Below are positions 30,549-41,047 of a DNA stretch of 64,000 nucleotides, one piece after another (the stretch's first letter is position 1; each line of letters starts with the position of its first letter). The position numbers were made by a program, and so were the translations under genes. The notes below the pieces were generated by a model. That model had not been told where the DNA came from, did no database searches, and was given only the letters and a program-made list of their open reading frames with translations. Source of the stretch: Dehalococcoidia bacterium (GTDB taxonomy: Bacteria; Chloroflexota; Dehalococcoidia; UBA6926); the NCBI GenBank assembly GCA_965207115.1, contig CBDBLR010000003.1:649379-713378 (forward strand), read 5' to 3'.

Positions 30549-31046
30549 ATGGCTGACCAGGAGAATCCCGGGAAACTGTCCCACGTCGATCCGACGTCGG
30601 GGCCGCGCATGGTCGATGTCGGCGACAAGGACGTGACGCGGCGGGAGGCAGTTGCGCGGGGCAGGGTGGTGATGTCACCCGAAACGTTGACCGCCATCCG
30701 CGAGCAGGCAACTCCTAAAGGTGATGTTCTGTCCGTCGCGCAGTTGGCCGGTGTGATGGCCGCCAAGCGTACCTCAGAGCTGATTCCGCTGTGCCATCCA
30801 TTGCCGCTGTCGTTTGTGGGCGTTGAACTGACGCCAGGAGAGGACGGGGCGAGTGTCGAGATTGAGGCCACGGTGCGGACGACGGGTCAGACGGGCGCCG
30901 AGATGGAGGCGTTGACGGCGGTCAGTGTTGCCGGCCTCACCGTCTATGACATGTGCAAGGCCATCGATCGCTCTATGCGGGTTGAGGCCGTGCGGCTGGT
31001 ATCCAAGTCCGGCGGCAGGAGCGGAGACCTGCGGCTAGAGGAGTAG
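30549..31046 (+). CDS. moaC: cyclic pyranopterin monophosphate synthase
   Basis: [18 protein letters not shown] and [11 protein letters not shown] motifs conserved in MoaC. Confidence 0.85.
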   Translation: MADQENPGKLSHVDPTSGPRMVDVGDKDVTRREAVARGRVVMSPETLTAIREQATPKGDVLSVAQLAGVMAAKRTSELIPLCHPLPLSFVGVELTPGEDGASVEIEATVRTTGQTGAEMEALTAVSVAGLTVYDMCKAIDRSMRVEAVRLVSKSGGRSGDLRLEE

Positions 31047-31050
31047 GGAA

Positions 31051-31266
31051 TCAGCCTGCCTTGATGGTTCGCAAGGGCAGGGCCTCGGTTTCAATGGTGG
31101 CCAGGTCCAGACGGTGGGACGCATTGTCGATATCGAAACCGACAACGCCGCCGTCGGCGTCAAGATCGACGTTCAGCCCCTGAGTGACTTCTATCGTCTC
31201 CGTGCCAGGCCTAGTCTTGAACTCGACGTAGAGGCTGTCGGTCTCCGGGTAGTAATGAAGTTTCAT
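31051..31266 (-). CDS. DUF2283-family small protein
   Basis: MKLHYYPETDSLYVEF N-terminus characteristic of DUF2283. Confidence 0.5.
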   Translation of the reverse strand: MKLHYYPETDSLYVEFKTRPGTETIEVTQGLNVDLDADGGVVGFDIDNASHRLDLATIETEALPLRTIKAG

Positions 31267-31278
31267 TGACGTTGTTTC

Positions 31279-32160
31279 CTAGTCCTGGCTGCCGAGGAGG
31301 AAGCGGCGGGCGATGTTGGCGGTCTCGTCCGGGACCTGCATGTAGATGGCGTGGCCGACGTCCGGCATGACGAGGAATTCGCCGTGGGGCAGCGCATCAG
31401 CAAGCGGCCTCTGATGTGACTCCAGGAGGTTGTTCTCTTCTGCCACGACGATGAGGATGGGCATAGTCAGGCGATCGACGCCGTCAATGAGCATGAATTC
31501 ATCGGTCGCCATTTCATCCACGTTGTAGGAATTGACGCTCCATGCTGCCTCGGCACGTCCGTCAGGATGCACGATTGTCTCCTCGTTGAGCACATCGTCC
31601 AGCGCCTCCTGCGTCCACACGCTTGTCATGCTGTTGGATTCAAGTCGGCGCTTGAGATCATCCAGGGAGACCCAGCTGTTGCGTCGGCCCGGGCCGGGCT
31701 TCTCTGTCAGGTCTTCATTGAGGATGTTGACACGCACCCAATGGGCGGGGCCCTCCGGCACCGGCTCCACCATCACCATGCCGAGCACGCGGTCCGGGTG
31801 GTTGGTGGCATAGAGGCCGCTGATTGCTCCGCCGTAGGAGTGGGACATGATGTAGTGGGGCGGCAGGTCCAGTTCCTCAACGATTCCGGCCATGTCCTGA
31901 GCGCCTTCGGCGGCGCGGTAGCCGGTTGTCGGCGCGTCGGATTCTCCATGGCCGCGGGTGTCCAACGCGATGACGCGGAAGTCGTTGCGGAGACGCCGAG
32001 CGACAGCATTCCAACTGCGGCCGGTACGTCGTCCGCCGTGGACGAGCAGCAGCGGCGTCTTGTCGCCGCCCCAATCGAGCGCGTGAAATGTCACGCCGTC
32101 GACGTTGACGAACAGGCTTGTGCGACCTTCGGATTGTTCGCGGGCGATGACGTCAGCCAC
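31279..32160 (-). CDS. alpha/beta-fold hydrolase
   Basis: HGGRRTGRSW oxyanion region and SHSYGG nucleophile elbow (GxSxG). Confidence 0.7.
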   Translation of the reverse strand: MADVIAREQSEGRTSLFVNVDGVTFHALDWGGDKTPLLLVHGGRRTGRSWNAVARRLRNDFRVIALDTRGHGESDAPTTGYRAAEGAQDMAGIVEELDLPPHYIMSHSYGGAISGLYATNHPDRVLGMVMVEPVPEGPAHWVRVNILNEDLTEKPGPGRRNSWVSLDDLKRRLESNSMTSVWTQEALDDVLNEETIVHPDGRAEAAWSVNSYNVDEMATDEFMLIDGVDRLTMPILIVVAEENNLLESHQRPLADALPHGEFLVMPDVGHAIYMQVPDETANIARRFLLGSQD

Positions 32161-32205
32161 AGGACCTCCAGGTTTGGTTTGAGTGTTTTGGATCAGGGCA
32201 GGGGA

Positions 32206-32733
32206 TCAGGCGGGGTACCACTGACGACTTTCCAGCATCCCTTTGAGATAGGCCATCTCGCCCGCGTGCATCGAGCAGTCGTGCATGACACTAACGAGAC
32301 GGACGCCGACGGTCGGCATGGGGTCCCACCGCGGCTCGTTCAAGACGCGGTCGAGCGCCTCCGGCGTGATGGTCTTCAGGTACTCCTGCGTGCGTGCGTA
32401 GACGGCATCGTAGTAGTCGATGATGACGGACGCCTCAGGCGACTGAAAAGCGCGAACCTCGTCCATGGAGTGACCGACACCGTTGTTCTCCGGGTCCGGA
32501 GGCATGTTGAAACGTTCATGCCATCCCTCTGCAATCCAGGCCTGTTCGCGCCCGGAGAGGCCACATATCTGGTGATCCTGTACGCGGGTAAGGTGCCAGG
32601 CGTTCCACCCGAGGGGGTTCGAATTCTCGTCGGGTTGCTTCATCAACTGCTCGACTGTCAGACCCTCGATGCACCTGGCGAGCAAGCCACGCACCCGCCC
32701 AAAGTGATCGATTGCCATTTCTCCGATGTTCAT
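32206..32733 (-). CDS. DinB/YfiT-like four-helix-bundle metalloenzyme family protein
   Basis: 175 aa; DinB_2-like pattern with conserved His residues (WNAWHLTRVQDH). Confidence 0.45.
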   Translation of the reverse strand: MNIGEMAIDHFGRVRGLLARCIEGLTVEQLMKQPDENSNPLGWNAWHLTRVQDHQICGLSGREQAWIAEGWHERFNMPPDPENNGVGHSMDEVRAFQSPEASVIIDYYDAVYARTQEYLKTITPEALDRVLNEPRWDPMPTVGVRLVSVMHDCSMHAGEMAYLKGMLESRQWYPA

Positions 32734-32772
32734 CCGCTCTCTCCGTGTCTCCTGAGTTCCGGCCTTGTCGGC

Positions 32773-33558
32773 TCAGACCTTCTGGTGTTGGGTTGTGTAC
32801 CAGGGCAGGCCGTTGACCATTTCAATCTTGTAGTCGGAGAAGAGGACGGGGTAGCGTTCCTGGACAATCTCGGCGATCTTGGCGAAGACAACACGGATTT
32901 CCTCCTCGGAACTGGGGTCCGTGCGTGCCTCCAGGATATGGCGTAGGGCGCGGATATTGGTGCTCCAGCCGATGCTTGTTGAGACTCCGATGGGAGCGAT
33001 ACGACGCATGGCGGAGGTGATCTCCTTCTTGCGTGAGAACTGCGCGCCGTCCTCATCCAGCTTGTAGTGTTCCGCCATCATCTTCTGCAGTTCTTCCAGC
33101 TTCTGGAAGGTATCGACAAAGACCTCCATGATGTGCTCATCCTCGCGGACGGCGGAGGGCGCCCACATGCCAAGGTCGTCCAGACGGACGAATCGCAGGC
33201 TTTCCTGTGAGATGGCGGTGCCGGCACGGTGTCGAACGAGTTCATGGGTGAAGACGCGGCTGACACCGGTGATGGCGAAATTGAGGACGCTGTGTTCCAG
33301 GACGGAGCCGTGACCGGTGGCGATGATGTTCTTGAGGTGAGCGGCGTTATTTGGGCGGACGCGCGTGACGTTGGGATTGAGGCCGGGTTCAAATGAGCGG
33401 TAGCAGAGGCGTCCCATGAATTCGGCGAGGCCTTCGACGTCCGTCGCCGCGTCTGTAGACCAATCCGGAGCGCCGATGTGCTCGAGGTAGGCGCTCAGCC
33501 CCTCGGGAATAATCCTGGTTTCTCCGACCAGAAAAACGTGCGGCTCAACGCCGTGCAT
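32773..33558 (-). CDS. thyX: FAD-dependent thymidylate synthase
   Basis: ThyX signature RHRAGTAIS (RHRxxxxxS) and flavin-binding region. Confidence 0.8.
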   Translation of the reverse strand: MHGVEPHVFLVGETRIIPEGLSAYLEHIGAPDWSTDAATDVEGLAEFMGRLCYRSFEPGLNPNVTRVRPNNAAHLKNIIATGHGSVLEHSVLNFAITGVSRVFTHELVRHRAGTAISQESLRFVRLDDLGMWAPSAVREDEHIMEVFVDTFQKLEELQKMMAEHYKLDEDGAQFSRKKEITSAMRRIAPIGVSTSIGWSTNIRALRHILEARTDPSSEEEIRVVFAKIAEIVQERYPVLFSDYKIEMVNGLPWYTTQHQKV

Positions 33559-33717
33559 GTGCCTGTCCCTTCCCCCGATTCGCGGCTCGCAGCCCGCCAC
33601 TCAAATGTAGCACGGGCGGGCGGATGTGGGGTGGGGCGATGGAATCTTTACCGTCGTCATACATGACCTTAACGGTGATTTAACGCCGATTGTCTGATAC
33701 TCTGGCAGAGTGGTTAT

Positions 33718-34470
33718 GTGGAATATGAATACATCAACTCTACCGTGGACGATTCAAGGGCGATAAGGACGGTCGCTCATCGGGGCGCGAAGGCACTCGC
33801 GCCCGAGAATTCTATTCTTGCCTTCACCACAGCCGCCGAACTTGGCGTTGCTGCCATTGAGACCGACGTCCGCTTGAGCGCGGACGGGCTGCCCGCAATC
33901 ATTCACGATCCAACATTGGCGCGGACGCACGGGCATAAGGCGCACGTTGGCGCCACGACAATGCCGGAATTGCAGTCGCTGGGCGTGCCGCCTCTCTCCA
34001 CGATGCTGGACATCTTTGCCGCCGACTTTGACGTGATCATCGACCTCAAGGAAAAGAGCATCAGGCTCGCGGAATCCGTGGGTCGGGCAATTGCGGTCTC
34101 CGGCCGAGCCGCCCGGTGTTTCGTAACAGGATCAGACCTCAGCCTCCTGCGCCGGGCGCAGGCACTTGCCGAAGGACTGCGGCTGAGCTGGACCATCGGA
34201 GCGCGTCACGGGACGCTGACACCTGCAGCGGTGGTTGAGGCGTCAGTTGTTGGTGTTTCGGAACTGGCGGTCCAAGCGTCTGAGGTGAGCGCGGAGTTGG
34301 TGGCGCAGGCCGGGTCGCTGGGGATCGACGTTCGCGCATACGGAATCAGCTCACCGTTGGGGGCCCAGGAACTGGTTGCTCTTGGCTGCCGGACGCTGAC
34401 ACTGGATGACCCGCGCTGGGTGATGATGCCGAGGCAATTGGCTCTTCCGCTGGTTTCGGCTGCCACGTAG
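33718..34470 (+). CDS. glycerophosphodiester phosphodiesterase family protein
   Basis: VAHRGA...ENS...AIETDVRLSADGLPAIIHD catalytic motifs of GDPD enzymes. Confidence 0.65.
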   Translation: MEYEYINSTVDDSRAIRTVAHRGAKALAPENSILAFTTAAELGVAAIETDVRLSADGLPAIIHDPTLARTHGHKAHVGATTMPELQSLGVPPLSTMLDIFAADFDVIIDLKEKSIRLAESVGRAIAVSGRAARCFVTGSDLSLLRRAQALAEGLRLSWTIGARHGTLTPAAVVEASVVGVSELAVQASEVSAELVAQAGSLGIDVRAYGISSPLGAQELVALGCRTLTLDDPRWVMMPRQLALPLVSAAT

Positions 34471-34550
34471 CGACCATCCCTTCTCCTCGCATCGAGTACG
34501 GGGCAAACTCCAATCCTCTCCTCCAAGGAGGGGGAAATTCTCAGTAACTC

Positions 34551-35519
34551 TTGGGCGCGGCGCATATACTGGCCGTGATGGTTGGTGTTGGGGATTCCCG
34601 GTTCGATTCTGTTAGTGCCGGCGCGCCGGCGTTGGAGGCGCGTCGACTGCGAAAGCAGTTCGGTGGCAGGGACGTCGTGAATGGTGTCTCACTGCACGTC
34701 AACAGCGGCGAGGTCGTTGGCCTGGTTGGGCCCAACGGCGCGGGCAAGACTACTACGATTCGCATGATGCTCGGCATTCTTGCGCCCGATGAGGGTGAGG
34801 CACGAGCCTTGGGCGGGCCGCTCACCGCTGAGACGCAGGAACGCATCGGCTATCTCCCGGAGGAGCGTGGCCTGTATGAGGGACTCAAGCTGACTGTCGT
34901 CCTGTCGTACCTTGGACAACTCAAGGGATTGAGTCGCAGAGAATCCGCGATACGGGCGGACGAGATGTTGGCGGCCGTAGGCATGTCAGAACACGCTCAC
35001 AAGAAGGTGCGTGAGTTGAGTCGCGGGATGACGCAGCTTGTTCAATTCGGGGCGACCCTGCTGCACAGGCCGGACATTCTCGTTTTGGATGAACCGTTCT
35101 CCGGGCTCGATCCGGTCAATTCACGCCGCATGAAGGAGCTTCTGCTGGAGGAAAAGGAACGCGGCGCTGCAATCATCTTCTCCACCCACCAGATGACTGA
35201 CGTAGAGGAACTTTCAGACCGGGTGTTGATGATTGACGACGGAGAGGTGGCTCTGGAAGGGGCGCCGTCCGAGCTGCGACGGCGGTATCGAGGCGACACA
35301 ATCCGGGTTGAATCGCCCGATGAGTTGCCCGAGACCATCAGCGGAGTAGGGGAAGTCGGGCGTTCCGGGGAGGCCGTCACGATGCGTCTCCTGGAAGGAG
35401 CGACGGCGGAACGGGTGCTCGAAGAGTTGCTCGACGGAGGGATACGGATCGAGCGGTTTGAGGTGGCGCTGCCGACGTTGGAGGAGATCTTCATACGGGA
35501 AGTGCTAGGGCGGGAATGA
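34551..35519 (+). CDS. ABC transporter ATP-binding protein (ABC-2 type)
   Basis: Walker A GPNGAGKTT, ABC signature LSRGMTQ, Walker B ILVLDEPFSGLD. Confidence 0.8.
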   Translation: MGAAHILAVMVGVGDSRFDSVSAGAPALEARRLRKQFGGRDVVNGVSLHVNSGEVVGLVGPNGAGKTTTIRMMLGILAPDEGEARALGGPLTAETQERIGYLPEERGLYEGLKLTVVLSYLGQLKGLSRRESAIRADEMLAAVGMSEHAHKKVRELSRGMTQLVQFGATLLHRPDILVLDEPFSGLDPVNSRRMKELLLEEKERGAAIIFSTHQMTDVEELSDRVLMIDDGEVALEGAPSELRRRYRGDTIRVESPDELPETISGVGEVGRSGEAVTMRLLEGATAERVLEELLDGGIRIERFEVALPTLEEIFIREVLGRE

Positions 35520-35555
35520 CGGAGGTGGCGAAGTGCAGGGGCGGAGGGGCGGCGC

Positions 35556-36791
35556 GTGAATAAGGCGCTCATTGTTGCTCGGCATGAGTTGACGACGATG
35601 TTGTCTAGGACCGGTTTCCTGGTCATGACCGCGCTTGTGCCCGTTGCTATGCTTCTGCTCGTGGGCGGCATCGGAGCATATGTCTTCTTCACGTCCGGCG
35701 AGGACGACGCGCCAGAGTCGCGGACGGTTGGGTATGTCGATACTGCGGACGTCATTACCGGCTATGAGCAATTGGGGATAACGACATTTAGGCCTTACGC
35801 GAATGAGACTGTTGCTCGGACGGCTGTGGCCGCGGGTGACGTAGATGCGGCCTATGTCATCCTGCCAATCTATCTGCAGACTGGCACAGTGCGTGAGATA
35901 ACACAGAGCGGAGGCGGACTGAGGCTGCAGGCCGGAGGCAGCAGGTCCGCCTTTCGTGATTTTCTTCGCGCAAATCTTGTGGCGGACCTGGGGGACGATA
36001 ATCGCGCAGGGCGCGTGATTGCTCCGGCGTTCTTCGTGACCGTAGAGATTGACGCCGGTGGTCAGACGGCCGAGGACTCGTTCGATCCCGCAACGCTCAT
36101 CTTCTTCATGGCGATGGCGTTCGCCATCATCTTTTCCATACTCGCGATAACGGGCTACCTTCTCCAGGGTTTGAACGAGGAGAAGGAAAACCGCGTGATG
36201 GAGATACTGCTCTCTACGGTCAGTCCGGACCAGCTGATGCTGGGCAAGCTGCTGGGGCTGGGCGTGGCGGGCATGATCCAAATAGGCGTGTGGATGGGTT
36301 CAGCAGTTGGCCTCCTGTTTGGGGCGTCGATCTTCGTGGACGATATTCCCGTGTTGGGGCTTCCCTCGCTGCCGCTCATCCTTGTGGCGTTTGCCTACTT
36401 CCTGCTTGGCTACGCGTTCTTCGCGGCGCTGATGGCAGCGCTCGGCGCAGTCACAACGTCACAGCGGGAGTCGCAGCAACTGACAGTCATCGTCATTCTG
36501 CCTGCCGTCGCCCCGTTCTGGTTCTCGTTTTCGATCATCGACGACGCGGGCGGGTTGCTGCCGCAGATCATGACGTACATCCCATTCACTGCGCCCACCA
36601 TGTCATTGGCGCGGTTGGCACTTGATGCCATGGGGCCACTGGAGATTGCCGCAAGCCTGATCGCGCTGACGTTTTCAGTATTCGTGGCAGTGAAGCTCGC
36701 GCAGCGCCTCTTTCGAAGCTACCTGCTTGTCTACGGACACCGGCCGCCGCTTGTGCAGCTGTTGAAGACCGCGGTGACGGGACGCCTGTAG
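35556..36791 (+). CDS. ABC-2 family transporter permease
   Basis: 411 aa, N-terminal TM segment, large extracytoplasmic loop, then five C-terminal TM segments; immediately follows the ATPase gene. Confidence 0.65.
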   Translation: MNKALIVARHELTTMLSRTGFLVMTALVPVAMLLLVGGIGAYVFFTSGEDDAPESRTVGYVDTADVITGYEQLGITTFRPYANETVARTAVAAGDVDAAYVILPIYLQTGTVREITQSGGGLRLQAGGSRSAFRDFLRANLVADLGDDNRAGRVIAPAFFVTVEIDAGGQTAEDSFDPATLIFFMAMAFAIIFSILAITGYLLQGLNEEKENRVMEILLSTVSPDQLMLGKLLGLGVAGMIQIGVWMGSAVGLLFGASIFVDDIPVLGLPSLPLILVAFAYFLLGYAFFAALMAALGAVTTSQRESQQLTVIVILPAVAPFWFSFSIIDDAGGLLPQIMTYIPFTAPTMSLARLALDAMGPLEIAASLIALTFSVFVAVKLAQRLFRSYLLVYGHRPPLVQLLKTAVTGRL

Positions 36792-36798
36792 TGGCGCG

Positions 36799-37227
36799 TT
36801 ATTGCTGGCCGCCGCTCCGCAGCAAGCGCTCGCCGATGATCAGGCCTAGCACCACATAGATGGCGTCAACCAGCGGAAAGTAGATTGTGTGCGATAGGGC
36901 GGCGTCGCCTGTCTCACTACTCGTATCCAACAGCCAGAAGCACTGCCAGAAAAACAGCATCAACAGTACGACGGAGCCGTAGAAGAGGCCGTTGGCGATG
37001 GCGCAGGTGTAGTTGTCGGTGTTCTGAGGGTCGAGCTGCCACCGGTAGAGGAAGGTCAGCACGACCATAAGGATGGCGCCGAGGGCCATGAAGTAGTTGA
37101 GAATCGTCCAGATTGGGTAGTCGGGCGAGCCGTCGTGGATGAGCGGTGTGATCATGAACAGCAGGGCTACGGCTATTGCCGTCAATAGGAGATACGCTCC
37201 AGAGAGGCGAGTGAGTATCTGGGCCAT
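36799..37227 (-). CDS. small integral membrane protein (hypothetical)
   Basis: About 4 hydrophobic helices; immediately downstream of the 335-aa hypothetical gene. Confidence 0.4.
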   Translation of the reverse strand: MAQILTRLSGAYLLLTAIAVALLFMITPLIHDGSPDYPIWTILNYFMALGAILMVVLTFLYRWQLDPQNTDNYTCAIANGLFYGSVVLLMLFFWQCFWLLDTSSETGDAALSHTIYFPLVDAIYVVLGLIIGERLLRSGGQQ

Positions 37228-37298
37228 CGCTTTCTCCTTCCTCAATCTCGCTCAATGACGTGTTTGGTTGCTAGGGTACTTCAGGGACATGGGCCCGA

Positions 37299-38306
37299 TT
37301 AGGAACTGTCGATTGTGGGGGCAGGGACGATTGCAGCCTCATCGTCGTCATCCTCATCGTCAATGAGGTCGGTGAGATCGTCAGTGACATCAGATTCCAC
37401 GATTTCATGGAGGGTCCGGTCGTCGCTTCCGGGCAAAGTCAGATCGTCAGCAGCCTGAACGGCCTCAATGAGATTGGCGGCGAACCAGGCATCGTAGCCG
37501 TTCAGGCGAAAGGCTTCGGGCCTCGCGTTTGCTCTGTCCCGCGTGATGCCAAGCGCGTCGGCAAATGGAGTGATTGAGACAATTTTGTCGAGCCGTACAC
37601 GAAATGCCTTTTGGCCACCGCCAAAGTAGATGTGCTTGGTGGTGACTCCCATTATGCCGTGATCGGTTTGCTGCATGCTCCTAGACGTGACTGTTTTTCC
37701 GCGGAACGCGCCGGGACGAACGTAAACACCCTTTGCAACGCGGAAGCTCATGCCAAGCGAACTGCCCTGGAATTGCTTTTCCGAAATCTCTTCGATGTAT
37801 GGCACATCATCAAAGACCCAGACAAGCTCTTCGCTCTTCATGAGGTTGAAGGGCAGGCGGCCGAAGCGGGCCCTGGCGGCACGGCGATCAAATCGTGGCA
37901 CTTTACCCTCCTCTTCAATGACGTTGAGCAGATTGAACATGCGGAAGAGTTGGAAGTGCCCCCGCTTGTCCAGCAGATCCTCACCGAGGCGGAAATGGAC
38001 ACGAAATCTGTTCAAGTTTCGCCGCTCGTTCGACGAGAGAATTCTGTCCTCAACGGCGGCTTCAACGCTGCGTTGCCATGCCAGGGCGAGGGTTTCCTGC
38101 AACTGATCCGGTCCCATGGGAACCCGACCCATGGCGGCTGCCCGCTGTATGCTTCCCACCAGACCGTCTAGTGGCTCGCTCCGCATTGCTGCATGGCGGG
38201 TCAGGTGGTTGATCTGAGCCACAGCCGCCCCATAGTCGTCATGGCAACGTGTATGCCTCTGACGCAGGAACCCGGCGTTGTCTCCACAATACCTACACCG
38301 ACCCAT
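37299..38306 (-). CDS. hypothetical protein with N-terminal zinc-ribbon-like CxxC...CH motif and poly-acidic C-terminal tail
   Basis: MGRCRYCGDNAGFLRQRHTRCHDDY at the N-terminus; C-terminus DDLTDLIDDEDDDDEAAIV; no family recognised. Confidence 0.4.
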   Translation of the reverse strand: MGRCRYCGDNAGFLRQRHTRCHDDYGAAVAQINHLTRHAAMRSEPLDGLVGSIQRAAAMGRVPMGPDQLQETLALAWQRSVEAAVEDRILSSNERRNLNRFRVHFRLGEDLLDKRGHFQLFRMFNLLNVIEEEGKVPRFDRRAARARFGRLPFNLMKSEELVWVFDDVPYIEEISEKQFQGSSLGMSFRVAKGVYVRPGAFRGKTVTSRSMQQTDHGIMGVTTKHIYFGGGQKAFRVRLDKIVSITPFADALGITRDRANARPEAFRLNGYDAWFAANLIEAVQAADDLTLPGSDDRTLHEIVESDVTDDLTDLIDDEDDDDEAAIVPAPTIDSS

Positions 38307-38439
38307 AGGGGAGCACCTTTCCCGTCAGGCCTTCCGGCAATGCAACTCTATGATACACAGGAGACATTTTGCACATGGTGGCGCTTGTCCCCTATAATAG
38401 TTGCGAAAGTAAACAAGACCGCTGGTCACCCAGGCATGT

Positions 38440-39663
38440 GTGGCAGCCGGTCTCCCTTATGGGGGTGACATCATTGGTTCGCTCGATCTGACTGTTCCCA
38501 CCGATTACATCGAGGGGTACGGTCTTGCCCGCAAGGCCAATCAAGCCGTCGCAGACAATTATATTGCCCACCATCTGATTGCTGATCCGGAGGCTGACTC
38601 AGTCATTGCGGAGTTCGGCGACATGGATCATGCGCAGTCCGCCATGCTCATTCGGGCAGCGATGGATGATCCGGATGGCAGTGTGCTCAAGGACTCCCCT
38701 GCGAGCCTGCAGCGTCTGGTTGGCGGACTGGATAATCCCCCGGATTGGGTGAACCACGACGAATTTTTGCCGGGATCACTCATGTTTCTGCGCAATGCGC
38801 GTGTCATCCTCGCGGCGTTCGTGGGCGGAACGCTCGTAGAAGGTTTCACCACAAACATCAGCAAGTCGTTCTTCATCACCGGCCGTGTTCGCGACCAGGG
38901 CGTGCGGCGCCTGATGCAGAACAATCGGCACATGCTGGAGTCTTTTCTGCCAGGAGGGCTGGAGCGAACCGGCGACGGCCTCAAGCTGAGCATGCGCTTA
39001 CGTTTGGTTCATGCGCAGGTCCGCAAGCTCCTACAGGAATCCGAGGATTGGGATACGGAGGCGTGGGGCGTTCCGCTGAGCTCAGCGCACTTGGGGATGG
39101 CTATTGCGGGATTCTCCGCGCGCCTTCTCCATCACATGAAGCGGCTGGGAGCGAAATATACCGATGAGGAGAGGCGGAGCTTCATGGCTGTGTGGCGCTA
39201 CACGGGCTACATCATGGGCATTCCAGAGACCATCCTGTTCGCGAATGAAGAGGATGCCTTGGAGTTGTATCGAATAGGCGTGATGTGTGAGCCCAGCCCC
39301 AGCTTGGAGGGAGTCGTCATGGCCCACGCCCTAATCAATTCCGCGCCTCTTGTCGTCGGTATCGAGGACCCGAAGGAACGACAAAGGCTGGCCAGTTACG
39401 TCTTTCGCATTTCCCGCGCCGTGATCGGACCGGACATGGCCGACAAGCTCCGCTATCCGAGGACGCCGGTTCGCGGTGTTCTTCCATTCTTCAGATTCCA
39501 GGCCCGCTACCAAAAATTCCTGTCGCGGTGGTTCCCACGCCTTATCAACCAGAACAATTTCACGCAATTCACCGGTCTGCTGGATGCCGCAACGGTGGCG
39601 GAAACAGAGATTCACTACAATATGCCGAATCACGTCTACTCTGAGAACTCAAGCCCCTGGTAA
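38440..39663 (+). CDS. hypothetical protein, possibly DUF2236 (MpaB / rubber-oxygenase-like) family
   Basis: Central RLRLVHAQVRKLL...W..EAWGVPLS segment resembles the DUF2236 core; assignment is tentative. Confidence 0.35.
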   Translation: MAAGLPYGGDIIGSLDLTVPTDYIEGYGLARKANQAVADNYIAHHLIADPEADSVIAEFGDMDHAQSAMLIRAAMDDPDGSVLKDSPASLQRLVGGLDNPPDWVNHDEFLPGSLMFLRNARVILAAFVGGTLVEGFTTNISKSFFITGRVRDQGVRRLMQNNRHMLESFLPGGLERTGDGLKLSMRLRLVHAQVRKLLQESEDWDTEAWGVPLSSAHLGMAIAGFSARLLHHMKRLGAKYTDEERRSFMAVWRYTGYIMGIPETILFANEEDALELYRIGVMCEPSPSLEGVVMAHALINSAPLVVGIEDPKERQRLASYVFRISRAVIGPDMADKLRYPRTPVRGVLPFFRFQARYQKFLSRWFPRLINQNNFTQFTGLLDAATVAETEIHYNMPNHVYSENSSPW

Positions 39664-39670
39664 GGAGCAG

Positions 39671-41047
39671 TCAGGCAAGTGAAGTAGACGCAACCGTTGC
39701 GGCGAGATTTCCGCTGCGGACGGCCGACTCCATCGTCGCCGGCCACCCTGTCTTGGTCCAGTCTCCCGCGAGGAAAAGGCCGGGTATGGTGGTCGATTGT
39801 GGAGGCCTCTGATCCTGGGTACCGGGCAAGCACCGGAAAGTTGCCTGCGGCTGCTTGACGACACGGAAGTAGGTCATGGAGCTGGTGGTGGTCTCCGGCA
39901 GCACAGCGCAAAGTTCGGACTCAGCCAGGTTGCGAAGTTCCTCCTCTGTCATGCCAGCCTCACGCCATGCCGCGCTTATTGACACCAACAGGCGCGAGTT
40001 TGCATCGGCTGATTCCTGCATGAGTGAGCGGTTGAATATCCATTGGATCGGGCTGTCAACCACAGTCAGGAACGATTCATCCATAACCGGACGGTCATAA
40101 CCGATGTGCAGCCCCACGATAGGCGCCCATTCCAGCTGCGGTGGGTTAACGTCTGTTAGGGGACTGTCTGTGTCCTCACGGGTCACCAGCCTCTCAAGGC
40201 CGTCCCATGGCACGGCGCTGATCACTGCGTCCGCGCTAATGGTTTCCTCGCCAACCTTGACTCCCGTGACGCGGCCATTGTCGAGACGCAGGTCGCTTAC
40301 CCGACGCCCCATGATGAGTCGGCCCCCACGCGACTCGATGAAACGGCGCGCGCCGTCGCTGATCAATGTTGAAAGCCCGACGCGCGAATAGCCGAGATCA
40401 GCCATACCTTTACCGGCCAACAGGGAATCCTGGAATGCCATGATGCCCATGTAGGCGCTGGCGGCGTCGATGGTGTCGTTTAGGATTGGCAGCGTGATGA
40501 GCTCCCAGAGAGCTGCTATTGTCCTGTCATTTTGTCCGTGCTGCAGGAGCCAGTCGCGAAAGGACATCGACTCCAACCGTTCGCGCTCACGTTCCCTGTT
40601 CGTGCGGCGGATGCTCATCATGCCGCGGACGACTCGCAGCCTGTCCATCGGTCCGAGATGCCGGTAGAGCAAAAGGGAAGGGAGCACATCGAGCGGCGCA
40701 GGGAGAAACCGTGTCGATGACAAGGCCCCCCGCTTTCCGTCCCTGTCGGCCACCGTCACATGGAGCCGCTGTTGAAGCGTTGTCTGCGCGAACGCTTCAA
40801 TCTTGTTGAGAAAGTCGATGTATTCAGTGCAGCAGCGGAGGAAGACATGCTGGCCGTTGTCCAACTCCATGCCCGTCCGCGGATCAATAAAGGAAAAGGC
40901 CCGACCGCCGAGGTAATTTCGGCGCTCAATCAGGGTGACGGTGATGCCGCGTTCGGCGAGGGCACATGCGGCGGAGAGGCCCGCAAGCCCGCCGCCAATC
41001 ACCACGCAGTGGCTACGCGCTCCATCGGGATGTAACTCTGAATCCAC
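39671..41047 (-). CDS. hpnE: FAD-dependent amine-oxidase-family desaturase, hydroxysqualene dehydroxylase-like
   Basis: N-terminal dinucleotide-binding VVIGGGLAGLSAA motif; phytoene-desaturase-like length (458 aa); last gene of a squalene-synthase-like pair then FAD oxidase operon. Confidence 0.65.
   Translation of the reverse strand: MDSELHPDGARSHCVVIGGGLAGLSAACALAERGITVTLIERRNYLGGRAFSFIDPRTGMELDNGQHVFLRCCTEYIDFLNKIEAFAQTTLQQRLHVTVADRDGKRGALSSTRFLPAPLDVLPSLLLYRHLGPMDRLRVVRGMMSIRRTNRERERERLESMSFRDWLLQHGQNDRTIAALWELITLPILNDTIDAASAYMGIMAFQDSLLAGKGMADLGYSRVGLSTLISDGARRFIESRGGRLIMGRRVSDLRLDNGRVTGVKVGEETISADAVISAVPWDGLERLVTREDTDSPLTDVNPPQLEWAPIVGLHIGYDRPVMDESFLTVVDSPIQWIFNRSLMQESADANSRLLVSISAAWREAGMTEEELRNLAESELCAVLPETTTSSMTYFRVVKQPQATFRCLPGTQDQRPPQSTTIPGLFLAGDWTKTGWPATMESAVRSGNLAATVASTSLA

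Noticed and set aside
31051-31266. DUF2283 gene as part of a toxin-antitoxin pair
   Set aside because: DUF2283 often pairs with DUF4258, but no such partner ORF is adjacent here; it is treated as an orphan small protein
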